A DNA stretch of 64,000 nt, taken from the IMG/VR virus record IMGVR_UViG_3300032516_000003, positions 129,341 to 193,340 of that record. One strand, 5' to 3'. Made by a program: the position numbers and the translations under genes. Of the stretch, positions 31,101 through 40,255 are shown piece after piece (position 1 is the stretch's first letter; the number at the start of each line of letters is the position of its first letter). The DNA comes from a virus. The notes under the pieces are model-generated. The model worked only from the letters and a program-made list of their open reading frames with translations. It was not told the DNA's origin and did not search any database.

Positions 31101-31519
31101 GTTCGAACGACGTGTTCAACGAGCACCAGCTGAACATGGGCGCGGCCGGCGGCACCTACTGGGTCATCCAGGAAGTGGCCGGGGCACCGGTCTCGTGCCG
31201 GCACCAGCTGACCACGGACCTGACCAGCATCGAGACTCGGGAACTCTCGATCACGAAGATCGTGGACTTCACCGCGAAGTTCATGCGGGCCGGTCTGCGC
31301 AGCTTCATCGGCAAGTTCAACGTCACTCAGAGCTTCCTCGACACCCTGAGCACGGTGGTTCAGGGCCAGCTCGGCTTCCTGGCCGAGTCGGGCGTGATCA
31401 TCGGTGGCGACCTGAACAACATCGTGCAGGACGAGGCGGCTCCGGACACGGTGCTGATCGACGTCACCTTGGATGTCCCCTACCCCTGCAATTACATTAG
31501 ACTCACGCTTGTGATATAG
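28148..31519 (+). CDS. Tail sheath protein (1123 aa, jumbo-size)
   Basis: N-terminus 'LLRPGVEIIQEF..TVVTPTLVPCAVGPAFQI' aligns with T4 gp18 'LLSPGIELKETT..GKFQWGPAFQI'. Confidence 0.7.
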   Translation: MMATELLRPGVEIIQEFRTVSPTVVTPTLVPCAVGPAFQILEALKTDATGNRVLNTDAVASVAAVLTAANPGLYTGLDGLKLQVSINGGPTQEFTFSDPTAAGLSAGQVKDQIAAATVPPSGFGAYVSTLGGSSYLQLRSTGSGDGQTLKVLTGSANTILGFASNVIAEGCSTYQQAKVRIEQLMFPDPRGIIEELDIDEDSIRVFINTGAALKEVLRTSTFLRKKKSCRYTGGIISFPLTGLTGKKFSYKESANGTAQTFTFVSDPADVAALATAMNALIGSTKVYVNGSTKIDFVSSAGLFEVVTPAADTAHAMIGWTNGAKAWTLEVVDTGDGTTKSVFVIVDEDNFSAAAGAAQLLGTATISSPINVHNKTLQCAVNGDHVQEVIFDGGPIIPGTAFDGVAIGTLVLNLLVNGAAKVVTFSTGPDLTIAQAIAEINAAAGTTVCYRSNSTGVSQPTTGTFIAFQVGGATTVAGGSIVAVYASSTAWAKMGFAGTVDIAQTNTLTEIITQLNATFGTGFAVNATNKLQLNSLTTGDESKLEIFSGTANTLLGFTQGQVGNGAPFPPAVGDALYGDGSLVGYVVQVAPGGYTNRLKLDRKVALDYGAAAMYVEAMGLVTPLPANRPTPDLVVDLSGAVTVKNDILRNTEGTPIVATGSLVLSYKALRLDVSSGADEPALLNLSDTTDLDDALEPVNADNPLALQLYFALINATGITVAGIGVDAVSAGNPDGTPEAYSRACSFLQAQEVYALAPCSQDPTVHQIFSTHVTSMSEPDNKGERIVLICPEMPGEAIPKLATSGTDGDSTATTNEFDTKVPSLATDVLNAGVNPVGTIPVSSGLYLTITTNTKRYNISALSSTKITIRVAFSPGENDDDFYAEDNLPGDLLSETFAIKVRGEELVDSNGKPDYEKIAQAYQDLGKSYGNRRVIMVAPELVGANVDGTEQKLKGYYLCGAVAGMIGRLPPQQGFTNYPVTGFTRVFGSNDVFNEHQLNMGAAGGTYWVIQEVAGAPVSCRHQLTTDLTSIETRELSITKIVDFTAKFMRAGLRSFIGKFNVTQSFLDTLSTVVQGQLGFLAESGVIIGGDLNNIVQDEAAPDTVLIDVTLDVPYPCNYIRLTLVI

Positions 31520-31589
31520 CAAGTGTTAGGTTAGACGGATGATCGCACAAACACAGATCAACGGTATAAGGCATAGCGGAGGAAGAGCT

Positions 31590-32261
31590 ATGCCCAAGAC
31601 CAAGATTTGTGCGAAGTGTGGTGAGCGTAAGACTCTGGCCGAGTTCTATCTTTGTGGTGGCGAACTTTACAGCTACTGCAAGGAATGTGAGCGGGCTAGG
31701 AGGAGACAGAGGACTATTGACGGCCTAATCGAGAAGTACGGGCCCGAAGAGGGAGCCAGGCGACAAGAGATACTGCACAAGAAGCATGCTCTAGCACCGG
31801 GCATGAAGGTCTGTGCCCGGTGCGGGGAAGTAAGGTCGCTGGAGGAGTTCCACCGGAACAAGGTGCTGCGAGACGGCAGGAATTCCTACTGCAAAGCATG
31901 TGACGCGACTTTGACTAAAGAGTACCATTCGAGGACACCCGAAGATCGGCTCAAGATGTCACTCAACACTGCTCGTGGTACAGCACGAAAGAAGGGGTTG
32001 CCATTTGAGATTACAGCAGATCAAATGGCATCGATGTGGGCAGCACAGGACGGTCGATGTTTCTATACGGGTGTGCCGATGGTATTTGACGGGTCTAACG
32101 TCCCAGAGAGCGTAAGCATAGATAGAGTTGACAGCGCAAAAGGCTACACGCTGGACAACGTGGTTCTGTGTGGGACGTACGTGAATAGGATGAAGAACGA
32201 GTTCCCCATCAATGAATTCGTTCACTGGTGCCGGCTCGTAGTCGAGCATCACGGACGGTAG
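31590..32261 (+). CDS. Homing-endonuclease-like protein between sheath and tube genes (double zinc ribbon + HNH_3-like C-terminus)
   Basis: Two 'CAKCGERKTLAEF / CARCGEVRSLEEF' zinc-ribbon repeats. C-terminal 'SIDRVDSAKGYTLDNVVLC...NRMK' resembles the HNH_3 family. GGAGG RBS before the ATG at 31590. Confidence 0.55.
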   Translation: MPKTKICAKCGERKTLAEFYLCGGELYSYCKECERARRRQRTIDGLIEKYGPEEGARRQEILHKKHALAPGMKVCARCGEVRSLEEFHRNKVLRDGRNSYCKACDATLTKEYHSRTPEDRLKMSLNTARGTARKKGLPFEITADQMASMWAAQDGRCFYTGVPMVFDGSNVPESVSIDRVDSAKGYTLDNVVLCGTYVNRMKNEFPINEFVHWCRLVVEHHGR

Positions 32262-32273
32262 GCTTGGAGGGCT

Positions 32274-33032
32274 TTGCCCTCTTTAGCCTTGACAAAGGAG
32301 GCTCTCGTGGCTAGCTTCAGTGAATGGTCGCCTTATGAAAAGTTCGTCCAAGCCGGCATGAAGGACGGGCAGTTCCTGAACGCGGGCTTCACGGTCCTGT
32401 GCGCGGGTCCCCCGCGGCTGTCGGGACTGGGTGGGCCGCAGGCCTTCTCGAAGGCGGTGGCCTCCGGGGCTGGCGCCAACCAGATCGTCATGCCGGTGGG
32501 CGTCATCCAGAACGTCAACCTGTCCCACAACCGGACCTTCAACCGGATCTTCGAGTGTGGGTCGGAGCGGTCGTACTTCATCAGCGGCCGCACCATGGGG
32601 CAACTGGCGATCGCGCGCATCCTCTACCACGGGCCCAGCCTGCTGCGCATGCTGTACGCCTACTACGAGGATGTGATCCCGCCGGTGCAGGTCCCCGCGG
32701 TGTTCCCGAACGTCGGGATCAACACCGTGGCCAACCCGCACGACGTCATCATCCCGCCTGGGTTCGAGAACCTGTACCTGAACCTGGCCTCGGACCTCTT
32801 CAACCAGCCGATCGGTCTCATGCTGTACATCCGGGACAGCAACCTCAAGACCTACGGCTCGGTGTACCTCGAAGGGTCCTACGTGCCGAACCACACCTGG
32901 GCCACCGACTCCCAGGGCGTCATCATCCAGGAGTCGGCCGCCATCCAGTTCGAGCGGGTGGTCCCGGTCGCCGTCAGCGACCTGACCCTTATCACCGGCA
33001 CCTCAGGTGGAGCTCTCGGCGTCGGAGGCTGA
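32274..33032 (+). CDS. Putative tail tube protein (252 aa)
   Basis: Synteny: directly follows the sheath gene (with an inserted homing endonuclease between). Size typical of a tube protein. Confidence 0.45.
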   Translation: MPSLALTKEALVASFSEWSPYEKFVQAGMKDGQFLNAGFTVLCAGPPRLSGLGGPQAFSKAVASGAGANQIVMPVGVIQNVNLSHNRTFNRIFECGSERSYFISGRTMGQLAIARILYHGPSLLRMLYAYYEDVIPPVQVPAVFPNVGINTVANPHDVIIPPGFENLYLNLASDLFNQPIGLMLYIRDSNLKTYGSVYLEGSYVPNHTWATDSQGVIIQESAAIQFERVVPVAVSDLTLITGTSGGALGVGG

Positions 33033-33035
33033 TCC

Positions 33036-34466
33036 GTGGCTCGTCTAGCCGCAGCCGAAGAAGCACTCGACAAGATCGCCATGCTCCGCATGGCTGATCA
33101 AGCCGGGCGTCTGCTCACCACTGACTCATCGATCGAGTTGGCCAAGTACGCCGGGGCGCTGATGGCGAAGCTGGCTGGACCAGCCACTATTCTGAGCCGG
33201 TTGGCTACCAAGGCGCCCATGGCGGCCAAGCTGACCGGCTCGGCCACTGCGGCCCGTCATCTGCTAGGAACTGCCCCGACCATGGGGGTGGGCCAGGCGA
33301 TCAGGGCGCCCACCAGCATGGGTGATGTCGCCCAACGGATGATGAAGACGCCGGCACCAGTGGGCAGCATGACGCCCAAGGTCACTGGGGCCCAGACGGC
33401 AGTGAACAAGCTGGTTGGTGCCACACCAACGGCGTTGCCTGGTCAGCTTCCCGCCAAGCCACTCGGGGTCACCGATCCCGGGCGGATGATGGGCCGACTG
33501 CAGCATGGACCTGCAGCTGGTGCCACAGCTCCACCTGGGGCGGGAGTGACCGGTGCTCAGGTTGGGCCGGACAAGAGCACAATGGGCATCGGCAAGGGTG
33601 GGAAGCCGGCGCAGCCAACACCGGCCACGCCATCCAAGATGCACCCCAGTGCTGATCCCAAAGAGTACGAGGCGCTGCGGGCGCTCGACAAGTCGCATCC
33701 GATAGCCAGCTACTCACGCGCCGAGGAGTACGCGGCCAAGGGCTCGGCCCCGGGATCATACACTCCAGCCGGTGGCATGGCGGCCAAAGCTCCAGTAGAT
33801 GCCACGCTGGGATCACCCATGGGCAAGGCTCCTCAGGCCTATCCGCAAGGGGGAGTGGCGCCGGGACCTGCAGCACCGGCACCTGCCTACACGCCGCAGC
33901 CCACGCCGGCAGCCCAGCCCTACGCAGCCCCAGCTCAGGTAGCTCCACCTGGGGCTGGCCCCGGCATCCCCACCAAGGGTCAGTACCAGGAGGGGGCGCT
34001 GAAGGGCAAGCCCACGATCGCCATGGGCCCAGAGGCCAAGGGCCAGATGAATCTTCGTAAGGCAGAACACGAAGCCGGCCAGAGGGCATCCAAGGCCGAG
34101 GCCAAGACTCGGGCCAAGGAAGACGCCGCGGTTGAGCGGACCCTGGCGAAGGAACGGGCCCCAGGAGCCCCGGCACAGGTCGCCCAGGGTCCGGCAGCCT
34201 CCCAGGCCGCAGAAGCGGCTGGAGGGGCCGGAGAAGCGGCCACAGGGGCTGCCAAGAAGAAGGGTGGGCACTGGAAAGCCAAGGCCCTGGGCCTCGGGGT
34301 CCTCGGCGCGAGTGCCTATGGGCTCACCAAGGCGGTGCCCTGGGCGGCCCGGCAGTTGGAGCAGGGTGGAGGCGGCTCGATGGCCTACGGCGGTGGCTGG
34401 AGCCCGGTCCCCTACGGCTATGGCTACTCGCCCTATGGAGCCGGGGCTTCCGGCGCAACGGTCTAG
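33036..34466 (+). CDS. Low-complexity Ala/Pro/Gly-rich tail protein (476 aa), possible tape-measure/assembly protein
   Basis: Position after the tube gene. C-terminal hydrophobic segment. Gly/Tyr-rich tail. Confidence 0.35.
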   Translation: MARLAAAEEALDKIAMLRMADQAGRLLTTDSSIELAKYAGALMAKLAGPATILSRLATKAPMAAKLTGSATAARHLLGTAPTMGVGQAIRAPTSMGDVAQRMMKTPAPVGSMTPKVTGAQTAVNKLVGATPTALPGQLPAKPLGVTDPGRMMGRLQHGPAAGATAPPGAGVTGAQVGPDKSTMGIGKGGKPAQPTPATPSKMHPSADPKEYEALRALDKSHPIASYSRAEEYAAKGSAPGSYTPAGGMAAKAPVDATLGSPMGKAPQAYPQGGVAPGPAAPAPAYTPQPTPAAQPYAAPAQVAPPGAGPGIPTKGQYQEGALKGKPTIAMGPEAKGQMNLRKAEHEAGQRASKAEAKTRAKEDAAVERTLAKERAPGAPAQVAQGPAASQAAEAAGGAGEAATGAAKKKGGHWKAKALGLGVLGASAYGLTKAVPWAARQLEQGGGGSMAYGGGWSPVPYGYGYSPYGAGASGATV

Positions 34467-34475
34467 GAGGATCGC

Positions 34476-34718
34476 ATGTACATCTTCATCCCAGAGCCAG
34501 TAGAGAACCTGGTCCACAGCCGGGCGCTGCGGGGCAACTTCCTGTACGAGGTGCTCAGCACCATCATGCGGCGCATGCCGCTGCGTTCGTACAGCAACAC
34601 CACTCGCGGTGCTGCCAATCTGTTCACCGCGGGTGCGATGATCTTCAACACCGATGACAACGCGCCCAACTGGAGTGATGGTACGTCATGGAGAGACGCG
34701 ATGGGGAACATCACGTAG
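34476..34718 (+). CDS. Small hypothetical protein (80 aa)
   Basis: GGAGG RBS. Confidence 0.35.
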   Translation: MYIFIPEPVENLVHSRALRGNFLYEVLSTIMRRMPLRSYSNTTRGAANLFTAGAMIFNTDDNAPNWSDGTSWRDAMGNIT

Positions 34719-34809
34719 ATGCCAAAGACGAGATCTACTGGCCAACTGGAAAACGAGAACAGACGGCTGACACAACTTGTCAGCGAACGTCAAGGATAGG
34801 AGGGCGACG

Positions 34810-36057
34810 ATGTCACTACTTGCATTCAACCTGACAGGAACGGCTCTCGCCCTCGCGGCTGGCAAGCCGGTACCACCAACTCTGCCGGCCAGCACATCTC
34901 CCCCTGCTCGTGGCCCGGCCTACGACGTCACCTCGGAGCTCCGTCCGGACCTGACGGTCGACCCAGCCCACGGCAAGGCTGGTGGCCTTACGGGCGCCAA
35001 CTACGTCGCGATCCAGGTCCAGGTCACAGCTGTCTCGATCGCGCTGGAGTGGACCGGAGACCCCGAGTACCTCACCACCGGACTCGTCATTCCTGGACCC
35101 GCACCAGGAGCGCATGCGGCCACTCACAAGACCGCCGGCGGCACCGATCTCCTGACCATCGCCGGCACCACCGCGGCGAACTCCACCGCCTCCACTGGCA
35201 TCACCGGCACGGGTGCAGGCTCCTCTCACACGCACGGTGTCACTGACGGCGGCCACGATCACGGTGCCGCAACCGGAGCGGGCTCGTCCCACACACACTC
35301 CGTGAGTGGTGATACCCCCGGCACCGACAGCATCACTGCTGTGAATCAGAGTACCGCCACTGCACAACTGGTGGACCTAGGCGCTCCTGATCTCGCAGAT
35401 GTCGACGTCATCCACGCTGCCATCCTGGCCACCGACGCCGGCAGCCCCTACAACGCCGACGCTCAACCCGATGTCCCCCGCAACCTGACCGTCGACTTCG
35501 CCGCGACGTGGGACGGGGGCAAGATCACGGTCACGGGCACGGACCAGTTCGACGTGGTCGTGAGCGAAGACTTCCTCGTGCCGGGTGGCCTTCCCGCGCA
35601 AGTCGTCGGCGTCAAGATCTTCAAGACCATCGCCGCCCTCGGCATCGCCAAGGAGACGGTCGGCTCGAACGCCGTAGCCGCTACGGTCGGTACCGGCAAC
35701 AAGCTGGGCATCACGCCCGCCACGGCAGTCAAGGGCATGCTGACCGTGGACGGAGTAGCCGACGCGGGCACCTGGGATGGCACCTACTCTGCCGTCACGC
35801 CGGCCACCGCACCTGACGGTCTCAACGAGTATCTGGCTGTGGTGAAGACGAACCACCTGCACGTGCAGAACAGCCACGCGCACACGGTGGCCTCCCACAA
35901 TCACGGGGCGACCACCGGCGCCGAGGCAGCCCACACCCACGGCATCAGCTCTGGTACCACCGGAGTCACGGCGGGTGCTGAGGCGGCGCACACTCACGGC
36001 ATCACCGATCCCAACCACAACCACGGCCAGAGCTCTCACGCCCACAACGTCACCTAA
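34810..36057 (+). CDS. Tail fibre / receptor-binding protein with HxH repeats
   Basis: Repeats 'GSSHTHGV','HDHGA','SSHTHSV','NSHAHTV','AAHTHGI','NHNHGQ','SHAHNV' resemble the T4 gp37/gp12 iron-coordinating His motifs. AGGAGGG RBS before the ATG at 34810. Confidence 0.55.
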   Translation: MSLLAFNLTGTALALAAGKPVPPTLPASTSPPARGPAYDVTSELRPDLTVDPAHGKAGGLTGANYVAIQVQVTAVSIALEWTGDPEYLTTGLVIPGPAPGAHAATHKTAGGTDLLTIAGTTAANSTASTGITGTGAGSSHTHGVTDGGHDHGAATGAGSSHTHSVSGDTPGTDSITAVNQSTATAQLVDLGAPDLADVDVIHAAILATDAGSPYNADAQPDVPRNLTVDFAATWDGGKITVTGTDQFDVVVSEDFLVPGGLPAQVVGVKIFKTIAALGIAKETVGSNAVAATVGTGNKLGITPATAVKGMLTVDGVADAGTWDGTYSAVTPATAPDGLNEYLAVVKTNHLHVQNSHAHTVASHNHGATTGAEAAHTHGISSGTTGVTAGAEAAHTHGITDPNHNHGQSSHAHNVT

Positions 36058-36111
36058 GCGCCTCCGGGGTACCTCCTGGAAGGGTCTCAGCCACTCCTCG
36101 GATAGCGCGCC

Positions 36112-36142
36112 TCCCTCCGGCGGCTCGGCCCCGCCGGAGGGA
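36112..36142. terminator. Bidirectional terminator hairpin between convergent genes
   Basis: 12-bp perfect stem tccctccggcgg / ccgccggaggga with a 7-nt loop, between the fibre gene (+) and the gene ending at 36146 (-). Confidence 0.5.
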
Positions 36143-36145
36143 ATC

Positions 36146-36619
36146 CTATCGTGGTGAGTCGTCGTTGTTCATGGTGGGGAAGGCCCGGTTCAACGCTGCA
36201 TCCGGCGTGCCCGTCGGCCCGTCTTCCTCTTCCTCATGGTCGTGTTCCGGCCGAGTCGGCGGAGCAACTCGGGCTCGTTCGTGTCGCCGCCCGACACGGA
36301 CACCTGCAAGACCGCGGGTGATTGCGTCCAGTCGGGCCCGATCATCTGCACCCAGGGAATCAAGACGGTGCCCGCTGAGCAGCCGAAGGGCGAGGTTCCG
36401 TTCGTCGGCATCGTAGGTCTCCGGGTCATCGAGAACATCCTGCAGCAGCCCCAGCTCCCGGCCGAAGAACTCCTCGAATAGACTGAGCTCAGGTTTGCGG
36501 GCTAAGGGCTGCGGCGGGGCCCCGACCTGAGGTGCGAACTGACGCAGGTACTCCTGCGTCGAGCCGAACATCGGGCATCGGAAGGTGTCGTGGTCGCCAC
36601 CGCAGCAGGCGCAGGTCAT
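36146..36619 (-). CDS. Hypothetical protein (157 aa) with N-terminal Cys cluster
   Basis: Coding composition. Confidence 0.4.
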   Translation of the reverse strand: MTCACCGGDHDTFRCPMFGSTQEYLRQFAPQVGAPPQPLARKPELSLFEEFFGRELGLLQDVLDDPETYDADERNLALRLLSGHRLDSLGADDRARLDAITRGLAGVRVGRRHERARVAPPTRPEHDHEEEEDGPTGTPDAALNRAFPTMNNDDSPR

Positions 36620-36927
36620 GTGGTGAGCTCAGTGAAGAGATTGTAGTACATCTGGAGGCGATCGTGTACTCGATCGAGCAGCTTGGCGGTGGCGTTCTGT
36701 CTGGCTTCCTCCCAGTTCTTGCCAGTGACAGTAACCCAGCTGACGCCGACCTCGCTACAGCTCAACACCCAGTCAGGCCCTTGTGCCTTCCGCTTCAGTA
36801 GCGCAGTCAGAGGTACGTCGAAGCAGGCGCCCTCCTCGAAGCCGACCATCCCTAGTCGCGCCTGCTTGACGACCGCACTACTGAACTTCATGACTCGGGT
36901 TTTCCCGTTGCCCCGCCACCTAGTCAT
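36616..36927 (-). CDS. Hypothetical protein (103 aa)
   Basis: Coupled to neighbours. Confidence 0.35.
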   Translation of the reverse strand: MTRWRGNGKTRVMKFSSAVVKQARLGMVGFEEGACFDVPLTALLKRKAQGPDWVLSCSEVGVSWVTVTGKNWEEARQNATAKLLDRVHDRLQMYYNLFTELTT

Positions 36928-37138
36928 CGGGGTTCACCAGCAGGTTGGCCAGCCGCTTCTCCCAGTACGCCGTGATCAAGGCTCGGATGATGTCCTTCAT
37001 GTTGATGTGTCTCCCTCGTTCCTCGCTCTGCTTCTTGGCCTCGATCTCCAGAAAGTGCTTCATGGGGGTCGGCAGCCAGATGTTGATCCGTGACCGGATG
37101 TCTTCTTCTGGTTCCTTCTGGAGGTGGGTTCTACGCAT
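36920..37138 (-). CDS. Small DNA-binding-like protein (72 aa; internal start)
   Basis: Start adjusted to MRRTHL. The rest of the ORF-track frame looks like alternate-frame artefact. Confidence 0.3.
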   Translation of the reverse strand: MRRTHLQKEPEEDIRSRINIWLPTPMKHFLEIEAKKQSEERGRHINMKDIIRALITAYWEKRLANLLVNPDD

Positions 37139-37646
37139 GATGAATGATCTCGTTGGCGATGGCCCCGGCAGGCACCTTACCACTGAATGGGCACAGAATC
37201 GCCAGGTTCTCGTTGGCCTCGGGCAGGTTGCACTTGAAGCGGGGCGGTACTTCGAGCGCCCACTCCATGGCCTCGACGTAGCCGACTCGGTAGAGGAATC
37301 GCTGCCCTTCGCATAGGTAGGCCATGCAGCCGGCCAGATCACCTTCCTCCGGGTCCACCTCCTCTGCCTCGTGGAACTGGTTGCTTGGAGTCACGAACTC
37401 GGACCAGTGGGCCACTTCACGTAGCGGATTGGCTTTGGACTGTTTCTGACCCACCTGGAGCAGCTTCTGGTAGACCTCGTTCCGTGGATCGATGCGGTCC
37501 TTGACCCACTCAATCAGGAGGCCACCATCTGTGACCACGATCGAGTGGCGGTACTCAACGATCATCGGTGGGTAGGGGGAGTCGATCTCCCTGGAGGCAA
37601 GCTTCCGCGTCAACGAGAGGAGGTTCTTCTCGTTCAGCAGGATCAT
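37131..37646 (-). CDS. Hypothetical protein (171 aa)
   Basis: Coding composition. Confidence 0.45.
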   Translation of the reverse strand: MILLNEKNLLSLTRKLASREIDSPYPPMIVEYRHSIVVTDGGLLIEWVKDRIDPRNEVYQKLLQVGQKQSKANPLREVAHWSEFVTPSNQFHEAEEVDPEEGDLAGCMAYLCEGQRFLYRVGYVEAMEWALEVPPRFKCNLPEANENLAILCPFSGKVPAGAIANEIIHHA

Positions 37647-37660
37647 GTTGTACCTCTGGT

Positions 37661-37870
37661 TCAGGGGTGGATGGCGCGCTGGTAAATGCCATAGGCGGCG
37701 AAGCCGGCGGCGGCGATGACGACTAGCAGGATGACGAGGTTCCGCAGCGTGAGGTAGGTCAGGATGCTGCGCTGGTAGAGGAGCCGGTACTCGTGGGCGT
37801 GGTCCTTGGCGTTGTCTTCGCAGCGGGAGATCATGGAGTAGTTGATGTTCCGCTTGACCTCAGGGCGCAT
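37661..37870 (-). CDS. Small membrane protein (one C-terminal TM), holin-like candidate
   Basis: AGGAGG RBS before MRPEV. Hydrophobic 'LVILLVVIAAAGFAAYGIY'. Confidence 0.35.
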   Translation of the reverse strand: MRPEVKRNINYSMISRCEDNAKDHAHEYRLLYQRSILTYLTLRNLVILLVVIAAAGFAAYGIYQRAIHP

Positions 37871-38374
37871 GGGATGGTACCTCCTGGTCGACACCAAAGC
37901 TGCCGGACATTGCGGGCGGTGGGGTCGGCCTGTAGTTCGGCCAGATCGGTTGGGTCGAAAGCGATGAACCAGCGGCGAGGTCCGGTGACGCCGGCGGTGT
38001 ACTCAAAGATGGCCAATGCCTGTGGCCCATGCTGGTATCGGCCACCGCGCTTGACCATTTCCTTGATGACGCACTTCGAGTTTATGGTAGGCACCGATGC
38101 TCTCCAAGCGCCTGGGTGGCTCTCAAAAGTGTAGCACGCACTGTACCTACTATTCACATCGTCCGCTCCATCCAGAACGGATGCTACTTTGTTCTGGCTC
38201 CGGACTCTGGCCCCCCTGCCTATCGTTGCCGCAGTGCGTGTCACTGAAAGTTGATCTAGTTAAGAGCAAACAGCTTCCTTATACCCCGGAGCCACCCGAA
38301 CTTCCTGAGGGCTAAGAAAAGACCGCCGGAGCCGGTCCTCAGGAGGACTGCAACCAGCCCCGGCGATCCAGTTG

Positions 38375-39076
38375 CTACTTCCGGTTGGCGGCCAGCTCGC
38401 TCTCAGCCGTCTTGAGCAGCGCCTGTAGGCAGTCGACCAGCTTCTGCTCCGCGTCCTCGTTCTCGGCCAGCTGCTTGTGGTAGTTGGCCTCGTACTGGTC
38501 GCGCTTCTTCGTCAGCTCGGTGATCTCCTCCGGCAGGGTCCGCTCGTCGACTTGCTTGATCTTCTCGTTGTACTCCATGGCGATCTGGGTCTGGGCCTCC
38601 ATGATCTTCGCCTGCTTCTCCTTGCGGAGGGCGTCGATCTCCCGCTCCTTCTGGGTGTTGAAGGCCGTCCGCTTGGTGTTGAGCGGCGCGAGCACACGAC
38701 CCAGCTCCTTGGCGCACTCGACCTCCATCTCCCGCCGCACCCTCTTGGCAGTGGTGTGGACCACCTCCTCCATCCGGTGGATGATGGAGCCCATGGCGTA
38801 GATCGGCCCCTTGAGGAAGGCCTCGTCCGGCACCGTGTCGAGCGCCGGCATGAGCAGCTGCTGGTCCTGGTCTAATAGGGCTACCATTCGGGCACAGAAC
38901 TCGCGGTGTTTCTTGATCGTCTCCTGCTCCAGCTTCTTCAGGGCCTGCTCCATCTCACGCCGTTCCCGCTCCTTGTCCTCGGGAGTCTTGGCCTTCTCGA
39001 TGGCTTCCTTGGTGGCCGCCTCCGTGAGGATCTTGGCGGCAACTTCGGCGAGCTTGTTGCTCGATGCGCTCTCCAT
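38375..39076 (-). CDS. Coiled-coil protein (233 aa)
   Basis: K/E-rich helical repeats, no enzymatic motif. Confidence 0.45.
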   Translation of the reverse strand: MESASSNKLAEVAAKILTEAATKEAIEKAKTPEDKERERREMEQALKKLEQETIKKHREFCARMVALLDQDQQLLMPALDTVPDEAFLKGPIYAMGSIIHRMEEVVHTTAKRVRREMEVECAKELGRVLAPLNTKRTAFNTQKEREIDALRKEKQAKIMEAQTQIAMEYNEKIKQVDERTLPEEITELTKKRDQYEANYHKQLAENEDAEQKLVDCLQALLKTAESELAANRK

Positions 39077-39401
39077 CTACGCCTCCTTGTGTCGTCGCTT
39101 CGTGGGGGGCTATCATCTAGCAGTGGTACCGATTCTGACCCGGACCATCACCCATTGGACGGGATGGGTGGAGGTCATCCACGGCGACCACGCGTTGGTC
39201 AAGGTACACGACTACGTTCACGGAGACAATCGGGAAGCGAAGCTCGATCTCTCTTCCCTTAGCCCAGAGGACCGTGAGAAGATCTCCGTTGGCATCTACT
39301 TCGATTACCTGGTGACGGAAGAGAACGGCCAGATCAAAACCTGCCTCAGCATCGACTGTCGTCAATGGTACCCACGCATCATCAAACCTACGTAGGAGAA
39401 C

Positions 39402-39632
39402 ATGCGCGAGCATTGTCGTAACTGCGGCCGCCTGCTGCCGATCGGACAGCTGCGGAAGGTGGAAGGGAAGTACGAGTGTCTGAAGGATGCTCCCTGCAAG
39501 AAGGCGCAGGAGAAGCTAGGGCTTCCGCAGATGAACGCGGGGGCAGTGGCTGTCGCAGAAGCCACGCTTCATCATGCGGCACCTCTTGGCCTCTCGCCGT
39601 CTCGGAGTCCCTTCTCAATCCGATCGAGCTGA
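39402..39632 (+). CDS. Small zinc-ribbon protein (76 aa)
   Basis: TAGGAGA RBS. CxxC...C..C motif. Confidence 0.35.
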   Translation: MREHCRNCGRLLPIGQLRKVEGKYECLKDAPCKKAQEKLGLPQMNAGAVAVAEATLHHAAPLGLSPSRSPFSIRSS

Positions 39633-40070
39633 TGCTGGTTCACTGCGTAGTCCTGCTTGGGGACGATGTAGAGTTCGGGGCGGGGCGTCGGCTTGTCCCA
39701 CGGTCCCCACCATTTACGCAGGAGCTTCCTCAGCCACTTGAACATGCGCACACCTCCATTCTACCTCAGAGCGGCCGCCTTGCGATGAGTTGATGAAGCC
39801 GCTTCTCTTGCCGCTCGATCTTCTCGGTCACGTAGTACCACTAGCCACCACACACGATGCCGCCCACATCAGGCACCGTGTCGGCGTAGATGTGTCGCTC
39901 TTTGCCACACGTTGGGCAGCGGTAGATGTACACGAGACGCCACAGTAGTTGAAATTCGTGGCGCTTCTCAGAGCGCACAGGGTGCCGGAAATCAATGACG
40001 GTGCCACAGTTCATGGCTTATATCCTCGTTTGCCGCTGCCGGCGTTGGAACCCGTGAAACCGGACGGTCT

Positions 40071-40140
40071 CCATCCTGGGAGGCAAGAGTCGAGGCAAGA
40101 GTCGAGGCAAGAGTCGAGGCAAGAGTCGAGGCAAGAGTCA
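40071..40140. repeat. Tandem 12-bp repeat (caagagtcgagg) x ~5.5
   Basis: Directly visible: gaggcaagagtc repeated in an intergenic region. Confidence 0.85.
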
Positions 40141-40255
40141 GGTGCCCCTAGCAACGGTGGCGACCTCGTCGAGAGGGTGCTCCGGATCTCGGTCTCACGC
40201 TTCTGACAACTGGTGTGAATCTTGGGGCGGTAGAGGCGGCACAGTAGGCGCCAGA

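Noticed and set aside
28240-31522. Multiple Arg/Gly/Pro-rich ORFs on both strands inside the tail-sheath gene (e.g. 30449..31522 minus, 357 aa)
   Set aside because: Alternate-frame and antisense artefacts of a long high-GC gene whose sense frame shows gp18-like conservation.
40071-40140. Possible CRISPR array
   Set aside because: Repeat unit only 12 bp with no intervening unique spacers. It is a simple tandem repeat and no cas genes are nearby.
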